The notes: generated by a model from the letters alone, not told the origin. Numbered from the stretch's first letter, positions 1-9,735 are shown. The stretch is DNA of 64,000 nt from an uncultured Brevinematales bacterium (GCA_964475465.1 CAYYXA010000047.1:20466-84465), one strand, 5' to 3'. Program-made: numbers and translations.

Positions 1-1
1 C

Positions 2-1111
2 TTAGATGGGTTAAGTGATTTGAGCTCTGTTGTTTCCGATATAAAGAGGAGTTTCGATAGTTTATCTAATTCTATAAAGCTTTTTAATAACATTTCCGTT
101 GAGCTACAAGAAAAGATAACTGACTTGAGGCTTATACCGATAGAATATCTTTTCTCTAGGCTTCCTAGATTTGTTAGAGAGACAGCCGATATGATGGGTA
201 AGGATGTTAACCTTATAATAAAGGGACACGATACGAAACTCGATAAGTCAGTGGTTGACGAAATTTTTGATCCTATAATTCATATAATAAGAAATTCTAT
301 CGACCACGGTATAGAACCTGCGGAAGAAAGGGTAAGGTTAGGTAAATCTCCAAAAGGTAATATAGTTGTTGAGGCTTTTAATGAGGGTAATAGTGTGATA
401 ATAAGGATAAGAGATGATGGTAGAGGTATTAATTTTGAGAAGATAAGAAGGAAAGGTATAGAGAGGGGGTTATTGAAAGAAGGAGTTGATTATTCTAAAG
501 AACAACTTTTATCGCTTATATTTCTTCCTGGATTTTCTACTAAGGACCAAGTTTCTAGCGTTTCGGGTAGAGGGGTAGGAATGGATATTGTTAAAGCTAG
601 AATTGAGAAGCTTAGAGGTAGTATTTCTATAAGTACTTCTGAGGGTAAGGGAACATCGTTTTTGATAAAGCTTCCGCTTACTGTGGCTATAATGAAGGTG
701 CTGATGTTTGATATAAAGGGTATAATCTTTGCTGTTCCTGTTAACTCGATAGAAGAAGCTATAACGATCCATAGAAGTGACATAACGAAGTTTGAGAATA
801 GGTCAATAATAAAAATTAGAGACGAAGTTATAAGGATATATTCGTTTAGAGAGATATACTTTGACGAAGCTTTAGACAAAGAAGAACTGGACGTTCTTGT
901 GTGTTCTTACCTTGGTAAGAAGTATGCCTTTAGTGTTGATAAGTTTTTGGGTGAGGAGGATATATTTATTAGACCTATTGATACAACTTTAGTTCCTCCA
1001 CCTGGTATCGTTTCTGCTACTATCCTTGGTAATGGTAAAATAGGTTATGTCATAGACGTTGGTAATCTCATCTCTTATCTAGAGAAAAAGGATATCGTGC
1101 AGAACTTATGA
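2..1111 (+). CDS. cheA: Chemotaxis histidine kinase CheA, C-terminal portion (HATPase domain plus CheW-like P5 domain). The 5' end lies outside the window.
   Basis: The reading frame is open from the window edge, so the TTG at position 20 in the ORF track is not the real start. The translation contains the HATPase G-box region (IRDDGRGIN, GRGVGMDIV) followed by a CheW-like C-terminal domain, which is typical of CheA. Confidence 0.85.
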   Translation, partial: LDGLSDLSSVVSDIKRSFDSLSNSIKLFNNISVELQEKITDLRLIPIEYLFSRLPRFVRETADMMGKDVNLIIKGHDTKLDKSVVDEIFDPIIHIIRNSIDHGIEPAEERVRLGKSPKGNIVVEAFNEGNSVIIRIRDDGRGINFEKIRRKGIERGLLKEGVDYSKEQLLSLIFLPGFSTKDQVSSVSGRGVGMDIVKARIEKLRGSISISTSEGKGTSFLIKLPLTVAIMKVLMFDIKGIIFAVPVNSIEEAITIHRSDITKFENRSIIKIRDEVIRIYSFREIYFDEALDKEELDVLVCSYLGKKYAFSVDKFLGEEDIFIRPIDTTLVPPPGIVSATILGNGKIGYVIDVGNLISYLEKKDIVQNL

Positions 1112-1863
1112 AAGTACCTAAGAAAAGGTTAGATTTGGAGTTGGTTGAGAAGGGATTAGTTCAGTCCAGGGAATTAGCAAAAAGGTTAATAATGGCCGGT
1201 TATGTGCTTGTTAATGGTCAGAAGGTTTTTAAGCCTTCTACTGAAGTAAAAATTGGTGATGAAATAACAGTTTTGGAGAAACCTAAGTATGTGAGTAGAG
1301 GAGGATACAAATTAGAGGGCGCTATAAAAGATTTTGGTGTTGATCCCAGAGATAGGGTTTGCCTAGATGTCGGTTCATCTACTGGCGGGTTTACCGATTG
1401 CTTGCTTCAGCATGGTGCTAAGCTTGTCTATGCCGTGGATGTCGGACATGGTCAGCTTGATTATTCTCTTAGAAATGACTCTAGAGTCATTCTCTATGAA
1501 GGTGTTAATGCTAGGTATCTTGATGAATTAGTAAAAAAGGGGGAAATAAAACTTTCGGAGGATATTTCTTTGGTAGTTGTTGATGTTTCTTTCATATCTC
1601 TTACGAAAATAATTTTGCCTGTTAGCAATGTTGTGGGTGTGGGAACGGAGTTTTTAGTACTCATAAAGCCTCAATTTGAGTTAGAACCGAAGTTCGTCGG
1701 TAAAGGTGGAATAGTTAAAGAAGAGCATCATCACCTTGCTATAGAAAAAGTGAGAAATTTTCTTGCAGAGAACAATTTTGTTATAAAAGGTGTCGAAAAA
1801 TCACGTATAAAGGGTACTGATGGCAATCAGGAGTACTTTATCTATTTTATCAAAAGAACTTGA
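1108..1863 (+). CDS. tlyA: TlyA-family rRNA 2'-O-ribose methyltransferase (hemolysin A-like) with an N-terminal S4 domain.
   Basis: The ATG overlaps the cheA stop (ATGA). An S4-like N-terminus (LDLELVEKGLVQSRELAKRLI) is followed by an FtsJ-like SAM-binding region (CLDVGSSTGGFTDCLLQHGAKLVYAVDVG). Confidence 0.8.
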   Translation: MKVPKKRLDLELVEKGLVQSRELAKRLIMAGYVLVNGQKVFKPSTEVKIGDEITVLEKPKYVSRGGYKLEGAIKDFGVDPRDRVCLDVGSSTGGFTDCLLQHGAKLVYAVDVGHGQLDYSLRNDSRVILYEGVNARYLDELVKKGEIKLSEDISLVVVDVSFISLTKIILPVSNVVGVGTEFLVLIKPQFELEPKFVGKGGIVKEEHHHLAIEKVRNFLAENNFVIKGVEKSRIKGTDGNQEYFIYFIKRT

Positions 1864-1904
1864 ACAAATTCGCATAAGAATAGTTAAATTAATGTCAAGA
1901 AGTA

Positions 1905-3308
1905 TTACTTTCTTGATAAAAATAATGTTCCAGGTGTGAATTTTATTTCTTCCGAGTAGTCACTTTTGGTTCCGTCTTTTCTTACACTTCTCATTGATAT
2001 GTAGTAAGTTTCATTTAATTTTAAGCCTTTCAAGGTGTAGCTATAGACAGGGTAAAATTTCGTAGGTTTTTTCACTTTTATAGGAGATGGGCCGTTAAGA
2101 GCATCATTGCCAAAGTATTTGTCTTTTTCTGTTCCGTAGTATATTTCATAATAGATTATTTCGTCATCTAAGTCGTTTTGCCATGAGATCGTTACTTCTC
2201 CCTGGTTTAGTGATTTCATATCTACTATTTGTGGGGTGAGAGGTTTTATGTTAGTTTCTGTAATTAATGAGACTTTGAAGGATTTTATTTCTCCTTCTTT
2301 TTTAAGTGGTATGAGTTTTAATTGGATGTATCTGCCATTTATTCCTTCACCTTGGAATAGTTGCCATCCTATTTTGTTGTTGATTAGATCTATGATGTTG
2401 TTGCTACCTCTAGCGTAAACGAGGAATTCACCGATTCTTTTGTCTGTCTTTATGTAAAAGAGTTTTGATGAGTAGTTTTTTGTATCTATTATTCTTGATA
2501 CTATTTCGTTTGGTATTTCTTGGATAGGTTTTGTTGAGATTAGCCTATAGGGTACGAATGCGAAATCATCAATGTATCCTACAAAGTCTGAACCTATATC
2601 AAGGATGAAATTGTCATTTCCTATTTCCATTTTAGTCCCTTCGACTTTAGCAAGGCCTATTATTTCGTTGTTGAGATAGAGGAGGATCTTTGAGTTTAAC
2701 AAGTCAAGGACTATAGATATTTCGCTCCATCTGTTTAGTTTTACTTTGTCATGTGATAGTATGAGTATGTCCTTTTTGTCACCAGTTTCTGAGTTAATAA
2801 AAATATTTTTTATTCTCACGTTAACTGTTTCATTTCTTATTGCTGCACTTATTTCTTTGTCTTCTTCAAAGTTCAAAGATTTTAGCTTGAATAGATACGA
2901 ACCATTATCTAACCTTGTTGGATAAAATGATATGTGTATACTGATTACACTACCTAAGGCTTTTGAGGTAAAGAAATCCTTGGGTAGTACAATTGAAATA
3001 CCATGATACTTTGTGAAAACTTTAGCTGAATGATTACCACTGAATGGTTTTGGGGATTTCTCAAAACTAAATTTTGAAAACTTGTAGTTATTAATAATAT
3101 TTTCATCTTCGAAGTTTATGAATAAGCCGCTACTACTACCTGGCTCGTTTTCAATATGCGAAGTGGACATCATCCCAAGTACTTTTTGTTTGGTGTAGGG
3201 TTTTGGAATATTAAAGTCTCTTTCGGAAAGTTCAATTATGTCACCGAGTGCAATCGAGTATGATGCTAGAGATAGCAGGATTACGAATAATAAACTTTTG
3301 ATTTTCAC
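1905..3308 (-). CDS. Secreted protein with a signal peptide, a predicted central LamG/ConA-like jelly-roll region and a C-terminal fibronectin type III domain.
   Basis: There is an N-terminal hydrophobic signal sequence. The C-terminus reads as FN3 (EVTISWQND...YYEIYYG...YYISMRSVRKDGTKSDYSEEIKFTP). It lies 64 bp downstream of the beta-barrel gene on the same strand. Confidence 0.5.
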   Translation of the reverse strand: MKIKSLLFVILLSLASYSIALGDIIELSERDFNIPKPYTKQKVLGMMSTSHIENEPGSSSGLFINFEDENIINNYKFSKFSFEKSPKPFSGNHSAKVFTKYHGISIVLPKDFFTSKALGSVISIHISFYPTRLDNGSYLFKLKSLNFEEDKEISAAIRNETVNVRIKNIFINSETGDKKDILILSHDKVKLNRWSEISIVLDLLNSKILLYLNNEIIGLAKVEGTKMEIGNDNFILDIGSDFVGYIDDFAFVPYRLISTKPIQEIPNEIVSRIIDTKNYSSKLFYIKTDKRIGEFLVYARGSNNIIDLINNKIGWQLFQGEGINGRYIQLKLIPLKKEGEIKSFKVSLITETNIKPLTPQIVDMKSLNQGEVTISWQNDLDDEIIYYEIYYGTEKDKYFGNDALNGPSPIKVKKPTKFYPVYSYTLKGLKLNETYYISMRSVRKDGTKSDYSEEIKFTPGTLFLSRK

Positions 3309-3372
3309 AGAAAGAATTATCGGGAGAAAGGTGAAAATTTGAACAGGAGGCGTGAGCCTCCTGGTAATAAAC

Positions 3373-4761
3373 CTAAAATACCCATTCTATACTGAATTTT
3401 GATGATACTAAATCAAAGGAGTTGTTTCCACTTATTATCCACGGAAGTCCACCATTTATGAATACATTGTTAATGAAGCTATTACTTATAACCCAATCAA
3501 GAGATAATCCCTTTATTGGCTTCACTGAAAATCCTATCGTAAAGCTGCTTATTAGTGATGAGGAGGACGATATATCCACTGTTGCTTGTCCATCTTTACC
3601 GTTCTTTGTGTAAGAATAGGAAATTTCTAGAGGATTACCGATAACACCTGTTCTGAATGTTAGCCAATCAGTAAAAGGTATTTCAGCGGATACAAAAATA
3701 GGTACTCTTGATTCTGTTGTGTATCCTTTATAATCATTATCGTTTGTGAATACTCCATTGGCAATACCTCTTGCGTATATTTCCCTACTGTAAGTTGTAG
3801 AATAGTACCCAGTACCTAAGAGAATAAGTATGCCGTTTAGTATGTGTGTATTGTAGGATGCTAGTATGGTATAAGATACTACACCGTAGTTGTTTGTAAT
3901 TTGTGTATCTTCGTCACCGGTTTCTTCGAAGTTGCCATTACCGTCCGTGTCTCTCCTTGTTATTTGTAATGAAGGTAATTGGTAGTTAAAGAAGTTTACA
4001 AATCCTTTTACGTATGTCTTATCTCCATCTATCTTTAGCTTTAATGGCACATCGAGTGAAAAGTTGAATGATGGTAGTAATGTATGATGCCTGTAGTTTA
4101 CGTAATTCTCAATGTTAGCGTCTAGGTTGCTTACAGAATTTTCAGCTGATGGTAGGTATACTTTTAATGTTGGCGATAAGTTAATGAATCCTAGATTTAT
4201 ACTGCTACCGAGTATGATTTTTATTTGTGATATTGATTCTTTGGTAATTGTTTCGGTTCTACTAACCTCATTCGAGGTTATTGTAATCGAGAAGTCTCCA
4301 GCGTAACCTATTCCTAAGTAAGGTTTCAGGAATGTTATTGCTAATATATTATTTATTCCAAGAAGTACATCGATTCTGTCTCTGGAGTAATCTGCTAGTG
4401 TAAATGATGATAATGGTGTGGTACTTGATTGTAAAAAACCACCTGGAACACCAGTTGCAATATTAGGTATGTATGATAGTTCTTGATACGGGTAGTTAAT
4501 GATTACTCCCAAATTGAGTTGTTCTATTGGTGTTGGTATGGTATACTTTGCTAGTGCATAAAAACTGGTAGGTGATGTAATGGGTTCAAAAACAACGAAG
4601 TTGCTTGTAGAATTCACATACCATGGTTCCAGCACCATGCTAAAGTAGTCATCGATTAGTGTTGATGGCACTGCTAGTCCGTTTATCCTCGATTCTGAGG
4701 CAAACACAGCAGAATTGAATACTATCATTAGTATCGCTAAAATAAAAGCTAAAATTTTCAT
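3373..4761 (-). CDS. Putative outer-membrane (toga-associated) beta-barrel protein.
   Basis: It has a signal peptide (MKILAFILAILMIVFNSAVFA) and a strong GGAGG RBS. The composition is beta-rich with alternating aromatic and polar residues and abundant Y/T/N/S. The C-terminal residue is Phe (..SIEWVF), as in OMP barrels. Confidence 0.45.
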   Translation of the reverse strand: MKILAFILAILMIVFNSAVFASESRINGLAVPSTLIDDYFSMVLEPWYVNSTSNFVVFEPITSPTSFYALAKYTIPTPIEQLNLGVIINYPYQELSYIPNIATGVPGGFLQSSTTPLSSFTLADYSRDRIDVLLGINNILAITFLKPYLGIGYAGDFSITITSNEVSRTETITKESISQIKIILGSSINLGFINLSPTLKVYLPSAENSVSNLDANIENYVNYRHHTLLPSFNFSLDVPLKLKIDGDKTYVKGFVNFFNYQLPSLQITRRDTDGNGNFEETGDEDTQITNNYGVVSYTILASYNTHILNGILILLGTGYYSTTYSREIYARGIANGVFTNDNDYKGYTTESRVPIFVSAEIPFTDWLTFRTGVIGNPLEISYSYTKNGKDGQATVDISSSSSLISSFTIGFSVKPIKGLSLDWVISNSFINNVFINGGLPWIISGNNSFDLVSSKFSIEWVF

Positions 4762-5051
4762 AAAACCCTCCTTAATTTGGATTATTAAAATTTTTTTTTA
4801 ACTTTTCAAGTTAAGTAAAGTAGGTTTTGAGTCTACGGCTATATTAGTTGATGGTTCTTTTTTATTTCCGTTTTAAGTACCAATCTTAGTAAGCAAGTTT
4901 GGTAAGTATTTTTGTTTCAGAGAGGTCTAGTTTCTCTGTGGTCTTGAGTACTTTTGTTGAAGTTATGTTTGTGAAAACTTTATTTTTTAATTTACTGAAA
5001 AAGTGAGTGTTGGTATTCATTAATTTTTGGTTAGGAGTTGGATAGTGTTAG

Positions 5052-5741
5052 CTATTTTGTAATTCTGTCTTTGGTTATTTTTAGTTCTCTTTCTACTTCT
5101 TTTCTTATCTTTTCTGCTAATGTTTTGTTATCATCGAAGAGAATACTTACGCTTGTATCTCCGTTTAATCTTTTGATAGTTCTTACTATGAGTAATCCGA
5201 TGTTTACGGCGTCTAGAAGTGCTTTGTTGTCATGTAGTGGCATTTTGGTTCTTTTTGAGTAAGCCATTGCCCATGGTGGTAAGATGGCACCCATTGAGTT
5301 TAGAGTTGCTAGTAGGTAGCTACCGGCGAAACTTGCACCGTCGTCTGCACATGTTGTAATTACGCCTACAACTTTACCTTCCATGTAGCTAGGTTCACCG
5401 AATGCTACCATGTTTTCTAAAGAAGTCATTCTATCTATTAAGTTTTTAATTACGCCTGAGGGGGCAAACCAGTATACTGGTGTTGCGAAGATTATCCCGT
5501 CAGCTTCGTAAATTTTTTCTAGTAAAAACTTTCCGTAGTCTTCAAATATGCATGGGAACTTACAGTACGGTTCTTCTTCTCTTATGCAGCCTATGCAAGG
5601 TTTTATTTCACCATCGTATAGTGAGTACCATTCCGTTTTTGCACCTTCGAATTCTGCAGCCTTCAGGGCTGCAAAAAATAGTTGAGCGGTCTCTCTATCT
5701 TTATGGGGTGAACCGAGCAAGCCTAAAACTCTTATTTCCAT
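5052..5741 (-). CDS. Iron-sulfur flavoprotein (Isf) of the NADPH-dependent FMN reductase family.
   Basis: It has a flavodoxin-like fold signature and the compact cysteine motif C-x2-C-x7-C-x3-C (CIGCIREEEPYCKFPC) characteristic of Isf proteins. Confidence 0.75.
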   Translation of the reverse strand: MEIRVLGLLGSPHKDRETAQLFFAALKAAEFEGAKTEWYSLYDGEIKPCIGCIREEEPYCKFPCIFEDYGKFLLEKIYEADGIIFATPVYWFAPSGVIKNLIDRMTSLENMVAFGEPSYMEGKVVGVITTCADDGASFAGSYLLATLNSMGAILPPWAMAYSKRTKMPLHDNKALLDAVNIGLLIVRTIKRLNGDTSVSILFDDNKTLAEKIRKEVERELKITKDRITK

Positions 5742-5789
5742 ATAACCTCCCGAATTTGAAATTTGAGTAAATGATAACGAAAGAGTTGT

Positions 5790-6824
5790 TTAACCACTAA
5801 ACATTTTTAAGAATCTTATATCGTTTTCATAAAATAGTCTTATGTCTGTTATGTTGTATTTTACCATTGTTATTCTTTCTATTCCCATACCGAAAGCAAA
5901 GCCTTTGACTTCGTTTGGATCGTAGCCGGCATTTTTGAATACCTGGGGGTGAACCATACCGCAGCCTGCTATTTCGAGCCATCCTGAGAATGAGCAAACG
6001 TTACAACCTTTTCCTCCACATCCTGGGCATGTTACAGCTAGCTCTGCACTCGGCTCTGTGAATGGAAAGTAATCTGTTCTTAGCCTTATTTTTGTCTTGG
6101 GGCCAAACATTTTCTGTGCGAACAGCAACATGACACCTTTTAGGTCTGAGAATTTTACATCTTTATCGACGTACAAACCTTCGATTTGGTGGAAGGTATG
6201 GGAATGTCTAGCATCTACTGTGTCCCTTCTGAAGCATCTTCCTGGAGCGACGACTGCCACAGGTGGCTTGAACTTTTCCATTGTTCTTATCTGAACTGGT
6301 GATGTTTGAGTTCTGAGTAAGTATCTATCTACTATTCCTTTTACATCTAAGTAAAATGAATCGTGATCGTCTCTAGCCGGATGGTTAGGTGGAATATTCA
6401 ATCTATCAAAGTTGTAAGATTCCAATTCTATTTCTGGTCCCTCAACTACACTGAATCCCATTTCTAAGAAGATATTACAGAGTTCTTCTTTAACTGCGTT
6501 TACGGGATGTTTTGTTGGTACAATGTCATAAAGCCTTGTTAGAGTTATGTCTACCCATTCCGATTTAAGCTTCTTTTCTATTTCCAGACTTTCGATTTCA
6601 TTTTGCTTTTTCTTTATTTCCTCCTCTATTTTTTCTTTTAGTTGGTTAACTTTGCTGCCAAATTCTTTTCTCTGTGATGGTTCAACTTCGCTTATTTTTT
6701 TTAAAAGGTCTTTTATGATACCTTTAGTGCCAACATACTTAGCTTTGATCTTAGCAAGTGATTCACTGTTGCTGACTTCTTTTATTTCGTTCGAAAATTC
6801 ATCTAAGATTTTATCTAGATCCAT
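5790..6824 (-). CDS. pheS: Phenylalanine--tRNA ligase alpha subunit.
   Basis: Class II aaRS motifs are present (FRRDTVDARHSHTFHQIEGL, FPFTEPSAE, GMGIERI). No pheT is adjacent. Confidence 0.9.
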   Translation of the reverse strand: MDLDKILDEFSNEIKEVSNSESLAKIKAKYVGTKGIIKDLLKKISEVEPSQRKEFGSKVNQLKEKIEEEIKKKQNEIESLEIEKKLKSEWVDITLTRLYDIVPTKHPVNAVKEELCNIFLEMGFSVVEGPEIELESYNFDRLNIPPNHPARDDHDSFYLDVKGIVDRYLLRTQTSPVQIRTMEKFKPPVAVVAPGRCFRRDTVDARHSHTFHQIEGLYVDKDVKFSDLKGVMLLFAQKMFGPKTKIRLRTDYFPFTEPSAELAVTCPGCGGKGCNVCSFSGWLEIAGCGMVHPQVFKNAGYDPNEVKGFAFGMGIERITMVKYNITDIRLFYENDIRFLKMFSG

Positions 6825-6830
6825 AGGAAA

Positions 6831-6860
6831 ATTATAAAGAATCTTTAGGGGCTTTTGGAA
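6831..6860 (-). promoter_or_regulatory. Candidate sigma-70 promoter for a leaderless pheS mRNA (TTCCAA-18-TATAAT).
   Basis: On the minus strand, TATAAT ends 6 nt before the pheS ATG. No Shine-Dalgarno sequence precedes the ATG. Confidence 0.25.
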
Positions 6861-7070
6861 AATTCGCAGAATTTTAGGTTGGTGGCATTTTTAACTTTAA
6901 CTTTGTTGCTAGATAGTATCTTTATACGTACCTTATTGAGAGCTGGGAGAAGTAAAATTTAACAGAAGGTGGTATTGATTTAATAGAGATTTATAGAAAT
7001 GTTGGGCTAGTAGAGCAAGTATTTAAGTTTTTATGGGTTATATGGTAGTAGCGAGGAAATATGCCAGTTG

Positions 7071-7110
7071 GTGCTAATTAGCACTTGTGCTAGATAGTAC
7101 TTGTGCTAAT
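7071..7110. promoter_or_regulatory. Array of five alternating hexamer half-sites with an 8-bp period: GTGCTA-at-TAGCAC-tt-GTGCTA-ga-TAGtAC-tt-GTGCTA. It is a candidate operator or complex RNA structure.
   Basis: Read directly from positions 7071-7108. It includes a perfect 14-bp palindrome GTGCTAATTAGCAC. It lies 35 bp downstream of the moxR stop and about 250 bp upstream of pheS. Confidence 0.5.
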
Positions 7111-7144
7111 GAAATTATGTTTGAGTTTGCGAATTTTTTTATTC

Positions 7145-8095
7145 TTAGATGTTGTGCTCTACAAATTTGACAACTTCGCTGATTATCTGTTCTATACTTA
7201 TGTTTTCTAGTTTGGCAGAGTAGTTTAGTATTACTCTGTGTCTTAGAGAATCTACCAATATTTCGTCTATGTGCTTTTTTTGTAATGTTTTATCTCCGTT
7301 TAGATAAGCTAGTGTCATACTTGCTTTGAGTATGTGTTGTGTTACTCTTGGTCCTGCTCCCCATTCAACGAATTCTTTTACTAAGGGTAAAGGTGAGTCA
7401 TTGGGCCTTGTGGCTCTGACGATTTTGACGATATACTCTACTATTTTATCTGGTACAAATGTTTTTCTTATTTCCTCTTTTATTCTGAAAAAATCATTTT
7501 TTGTTATTATTGGCTTTATGGAGGATAGGTCTGGTTCTACCTTACAGATTTTTAATTCTTCTTCTAGTGATGGATAATCAACGATTACCTGCATCATGAA
7601 TCTGTCCAGTTGTGCTTCTGGTAATGGGTATGTTCCCTCTTGTTCTAGTGGGTTTTGTGTTGCTATTACAAAAAACGGGTTTTCTAGTTCGTAGGTTCTA
7701 CCGAAGACTGTTACTTTTCTTTCTTGCATTGCTTCAAGCAATGCTGATTGTGTTTTTGGTGAAGCTCTGTTTATTTCGTCTGCTAGTAGGATGTTGGTGA
7801 ATACAGGGCCTTTCTGGAAAACTAGTTTTTTCTTACCGCTTTCTAAGTCTTCTTCTATTATGTCGAATCCGATGATGTCGGCAGGCATTAGGTCAGGAGT
7901 GAATTGTATTCTTCTGAATTCTAGGTCTAGCATTCTTGCTACTACGTTAGCCATCAATGTTTTTGCTAATCCTGGCACACCAACTATGAGTATATGCCCT
8001 TCGGAGAATAGGCAAGTTATTATCCTGCTTATTACTCTGTCTTGCCCTACGATTACTTTACTTTTCTCTTTGTTTATTTCTTCGAATAAAGACAT
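7145..8095 (-). CDS. MoxR-family AAA+ ATPase.
   Basis: Walker A (GVPGLAKT), Walker B (LLADEINRASPKTQSALLEAMQE) and the MoxR C-terminal helical region are present. Confidence 0.85.
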   Translation of the reverse strand: MSLFEEINKEKSKVIVGQDRVISRIITCLFSEGHILIVGVPGLAKTLMANVVARMLDLEFRRIQFTPDLMPADIIGFDIIEEDLESGKKKLVFQKGPVFTNILLADEINRASPKTQSALLEAMQERKVTVFGRTYELENPFFVIATQNPLEQEGTYPLPEAQLDRFMMQVIVDYPSLEEELKICKVEPDLSSIKPIITKNDFFRIKEEIRKTFVPDKIVEYIVKIVRATRPNDSPLPLVKEFVEWGAGPRVTQHILKASMTLAYLNGDKTLQKKHIDEILVDSLRHRVILNYSAKLENISIEQIISEVVKFVEHNI

Positions 8096-8132
8096 TCAGA
8101 GATGGTAAAAAATAGTTTTTGTTTTTTTCAAA

Positions 8133-8163
8133 TTGAACTTTTCGTAGGTTCCTTATTTATAAT
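8133..8163 (+). promoter_or_regulatory. Candidate sigma-70 promoter for secDF (TTGAAC followed by TTTATA/TATAAT).
   Basis: TTGAAC is at 8133-8138 and TATAAT at 8158-8163. Spacing is 17-19 nt depending on which -10 register is chosen. Confidence 0.3.
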
Positions 8164-8193
8164 TGGTTCAGAATTTTAATTTTGGAGTAAGTT

Positions 8194-9735
8194 ATGAGTT
8201 GGTGGAGATTTATAACGATTCTCATTGTTATACTCGTTGGTATTTTGTTGCTTAAGCCTACTTATGAGTGGTATTTTGTTGTACCTGAAAGTGATAAAGC
8301 TCTTTTGTCTTTACCTGCTGAAGAGGTTAGTAAGCTTTCACCTGAGGTAAAGAAGAGGTATATGGAAGTAAAACAACTTAGGAATAGTACTGTTTTGGGA
8401 CTTGGTTTGGACTTGAGAGGGGGGGTGTATATTACTCTTGAACCTGATCCTGTCGACATGACTAACTTTTTGCTTGAAAAGTATGAGGGTGATATCGAAA
8501 AAGTCAGAGCAAATTATGCTGAGGAGTTAGAGGGCCAAGTTAATGTGATGTTAGAAGTTTTGAGGAACAGGCTTGATCAGTTTGGTGTTAGTGAGCCTGT
8601 TATAAGGAGAGAGGGGGGCAATAAAATTTCTGTTGAGCTTCCTGGAGTTTCTAGTCCTGCACAAGCAAGGGAAGCTGTTAGTAAAGCTGGAAAGCTAGAA
8701 TTTAAGTTTGTTGATGATGAATTGATGAAAGGAGTGGACAGAAGGTTCCTGAATGAGTACGGGTATATAAGGGATGTTAATGAGTTTTTATCAAACTATT
8801 CGTTGCCTGCTGATGATGAGATATTGGGTTATTATGAATCTGACGAATATGGTATTCCTGTTTTAAAGGGTTTCATTGTAGTTAAGAAAGAAGCAGTTCT
8901 TGATGGTAGTTTCTTAGCTGATGCTAGACCTGGTCAGGACCAATTTGGTAGGCCTGTTGTTGAGTTTTCTCTGACTTTGGAAGGAGCTGATATATTTGCT
9001 GACATAACTAAAAACAATGTTGGTAGAAGGTTAGCAATTGTGCTTGATGGAAAGGTTAGGTCTGCTCCTGTTATACAGACGGAGATACTTGGGGGTAGGG
9101 GTCAGATAACCGGCAGGTTCACTCCGGAAGAGGTCAATACTTTGGTTTCTATACTTAAATCTGGTGCTTTAAGTGTTAAACTCAAAGAACTTGAGGTTAG
9201 GGCTATAGGTCCTTCGTTAGGTTCTGATAGTATTAATCTAGGTATGAAGGCATCGTTAATTGGTATGTTGCTTGTTTTTGCATTTGCTACTTTCTACTAC
9301 AAAACTTTTGGCTTCATAACTACTGTTTCACTAATATTAAACTTATTCCTTACGTTGGCAGGTTTAGCAATGTTCAGAGCTACTCTTACTTTACCGGGTA
9401 TAGCTGGGCTTGCTCTAACTATAGGTATGGCTATAGATGCTAATGTCTTGCAGTTTGAGAGAATAAAAGAGGAGTTAAGAAATGGTAGAGATCTTATTTC
9501 GGCTATGAAGATAGGTTTTGATAGGGCTTTTATTACAATTATTGATACACACGTTACTGTCATTATATCGTCGTTTATATTGTCACAGTTTGGATATGGG
9601 CCTATAAAGGGATTCGGTACAACATTGCTTATTGGTATAATAGTGTCTTTATTTACATCTGTGTTTGTTGTTAGATTCTTTGCTGAGTTTGTAGTACAGA
9701 AGCTGAAGTTAAGGAATTTATCTTTTCTTATCTAG
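8194..9735 (+). CDS. secD: Protein translocase subunit SecD.
   Basis: It has a GGAG RBS, an N-terminal TM helix, a large periplasmic domain and a C-terminal 6-TM SecD/SecF fold (..AIDANVLQFERIKEE..). Confidence 0.9.
   Translation: MSWWRFITILIVILVGILLLKPTYEWYFVVPESDKALLSLPAEEVSKLSPEVKKRYMEVKQLRNSTVLGLGLDLRGGVYITLEPDPVDMTNFLLEKYEGDIEKVRANYAEELEGQVNVMLEVLRNRLDQFGVSEPVIRREGGNKISVELPGVSSPAQAREAVSKAGKLEFKFVDDELMKGVDRRFLNEYGYIRDVNEFLSNYSLPADDEILGYYESDEYGIPVLKGFIVVKKEAVLDGSFLADARPGQDQFGRPVVEFSLTLEGADIFADITKNNVGRRLAIVLDGKVRSAPVIQTEILGGRGQITGRFTPEEVNTLVSILKSGALSVKLKELEVRAIGPSLGSDSINLGMKASLIGMLLVFAFATFYYKTFGFITTVSLILNLFLTLAGLAMFRATLTLPGIAGLALTIGMAIDANVLQFERIKEELRNGRDLISAMKIGFDRAFITIIDTHVTVIISSFILSQFGYGPIKGFGTTLLIGIIVSLFTSVFVVRFFAEFVVQKLKLRNLSFLI

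Noticed and set aside
490-879. 129-aa and 87-aa minus-strand ORFs inside cheA.
   Set aside because: They are antisense to a well-supported CheA coding frame. Their translations are hydrophobic junk.
7078-7110. Resemblance of TTAGCAC...GTGCTAA to the HrcA CIRCE element (TTAGCACTC-N9-GAGTGCTAA).
   Set aside because: The arm spacing is 18 nt rather than N9. The internal sequence is itself made of further half-sites. No groES, groEL, hrcA, grpE or dnaK genes are nearby.
6825-7144. Possible T-box or Phe-leader attenuator upstream of pheS.
   Set aside because: There is no T-box consensus and no short Phe-rich leader ORF. A -10 box sits directly before the ATG, which favours a leaderless transcript.
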